In this document: positions 63,770-64,000 of the stretch, piece after piece | How the letters are laid out: each line of letters opens with the position of its first letter | Position numbering within the stretch: the stretch's first letter is position 1 | Notes under the pieces: generated by a model | Told to the model about the DNA's origin: nothing | The model's input: only the letters and a program-made list of their open reading frames with translations | Database searches by the model: none | Translations under genes and position numbers: made by a program | DNA from: a virus | IMG/VR virus record: IMGVR_UViG_3300034061_002899 | Reading direction: 5' to 3' (one strand) | DNA length: 64,000 nt

Positions 63770-64000
63770 TTAAACTTCTTCTTCTGAAATTAATTCTTTA
63801 ATAAATCCGTGTTCTTCTTTTTGTCTACGCATGTGAACGAACAATCCTGCAGTGATGATCGGGTCATCTAGATATTCTAGCCAAGATGCTTTATTATCCC
63901 AAAGCATAGTAATAACTCTTTCTAGATTATTTTCAGATAATTCAGAAGTTACAAGTATACATTTATGTGTATCTCTGTAATTGGCTATCCAATAATCTCT
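63770..64000 (-). CDS. Partial (5'-truncated) hypothetical protein
   Basis: Open frame RDYWIANY...ISEEEV* running off the window. Confidence 0.65.
   Translation of the reverse strand, partial: RDYWIANYRDTHKCILVTSELSENNLERVITMLWDNKASWLEYLDDPIITAGLFVHMRRQKEEHGFIKELISEEEV

Noticed and set aside
1-64000. Stop-codon reassignment (alternative genetic code)
   Set aside because: Conserved genes are full-length under code 11; no suppressor (CTA/TCA) tRNA found

Overview
AT-rich, gene-dense 64 kb segment of a large T4-like/jumbo dsDNA phage. The host is probably proteobacterial, and the ClpX, ClpP, FdxA, RpoZ and PBP7 homologues look betaproteobacterial (inference). Contents in order: (i) proteostasis/translation genes (clpX, rpsU, hsp20 with a ROSE-like thermometer, clpS, clpP; later infA, an ArfA-like small ORF missed by the ORF track, and rpoZ); (ii) two early regions of small hypothetical genes, each cassette headed by a near-identical sigma70 promoter unit (TTGACAATAAATGG..TATAAT); (iii) a minus-strand envelope/signalling operon csgF-csgG-curlin-FecR-curlin-(beta-propeller)-CHASE2 adenylate cyclase-secreted protein-PBP7-like peptidase, divergent from two paralogous holin-like membrane proteins; (iv) late tail-fibre/adhesin genes with T4-type late promoters, one in the loop of an RBS-occluding hairpin; (v) sugar/modification enzymes (GT9-TPR, PMM, nucleotidyltransferase, five SGNH-like paralogues, three 2OG-Fe(II) oxygenases); (vi) a ~10 kb array of 27 tRNAs covering all 20 amino acids, interleaved with HNH genes and several unannotated structured RNAs, including two paralogous pseudoknot-rich RNAs and five inserts each closed by a long RNase III-like stem. 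The strongest candidates for an undescribed system are the phage curli-secretion/FecR/CHASE2-cyclase module and the ncRNA set inside the tRNA array. All calls come from reading the sequence by eye; no database searches were run.
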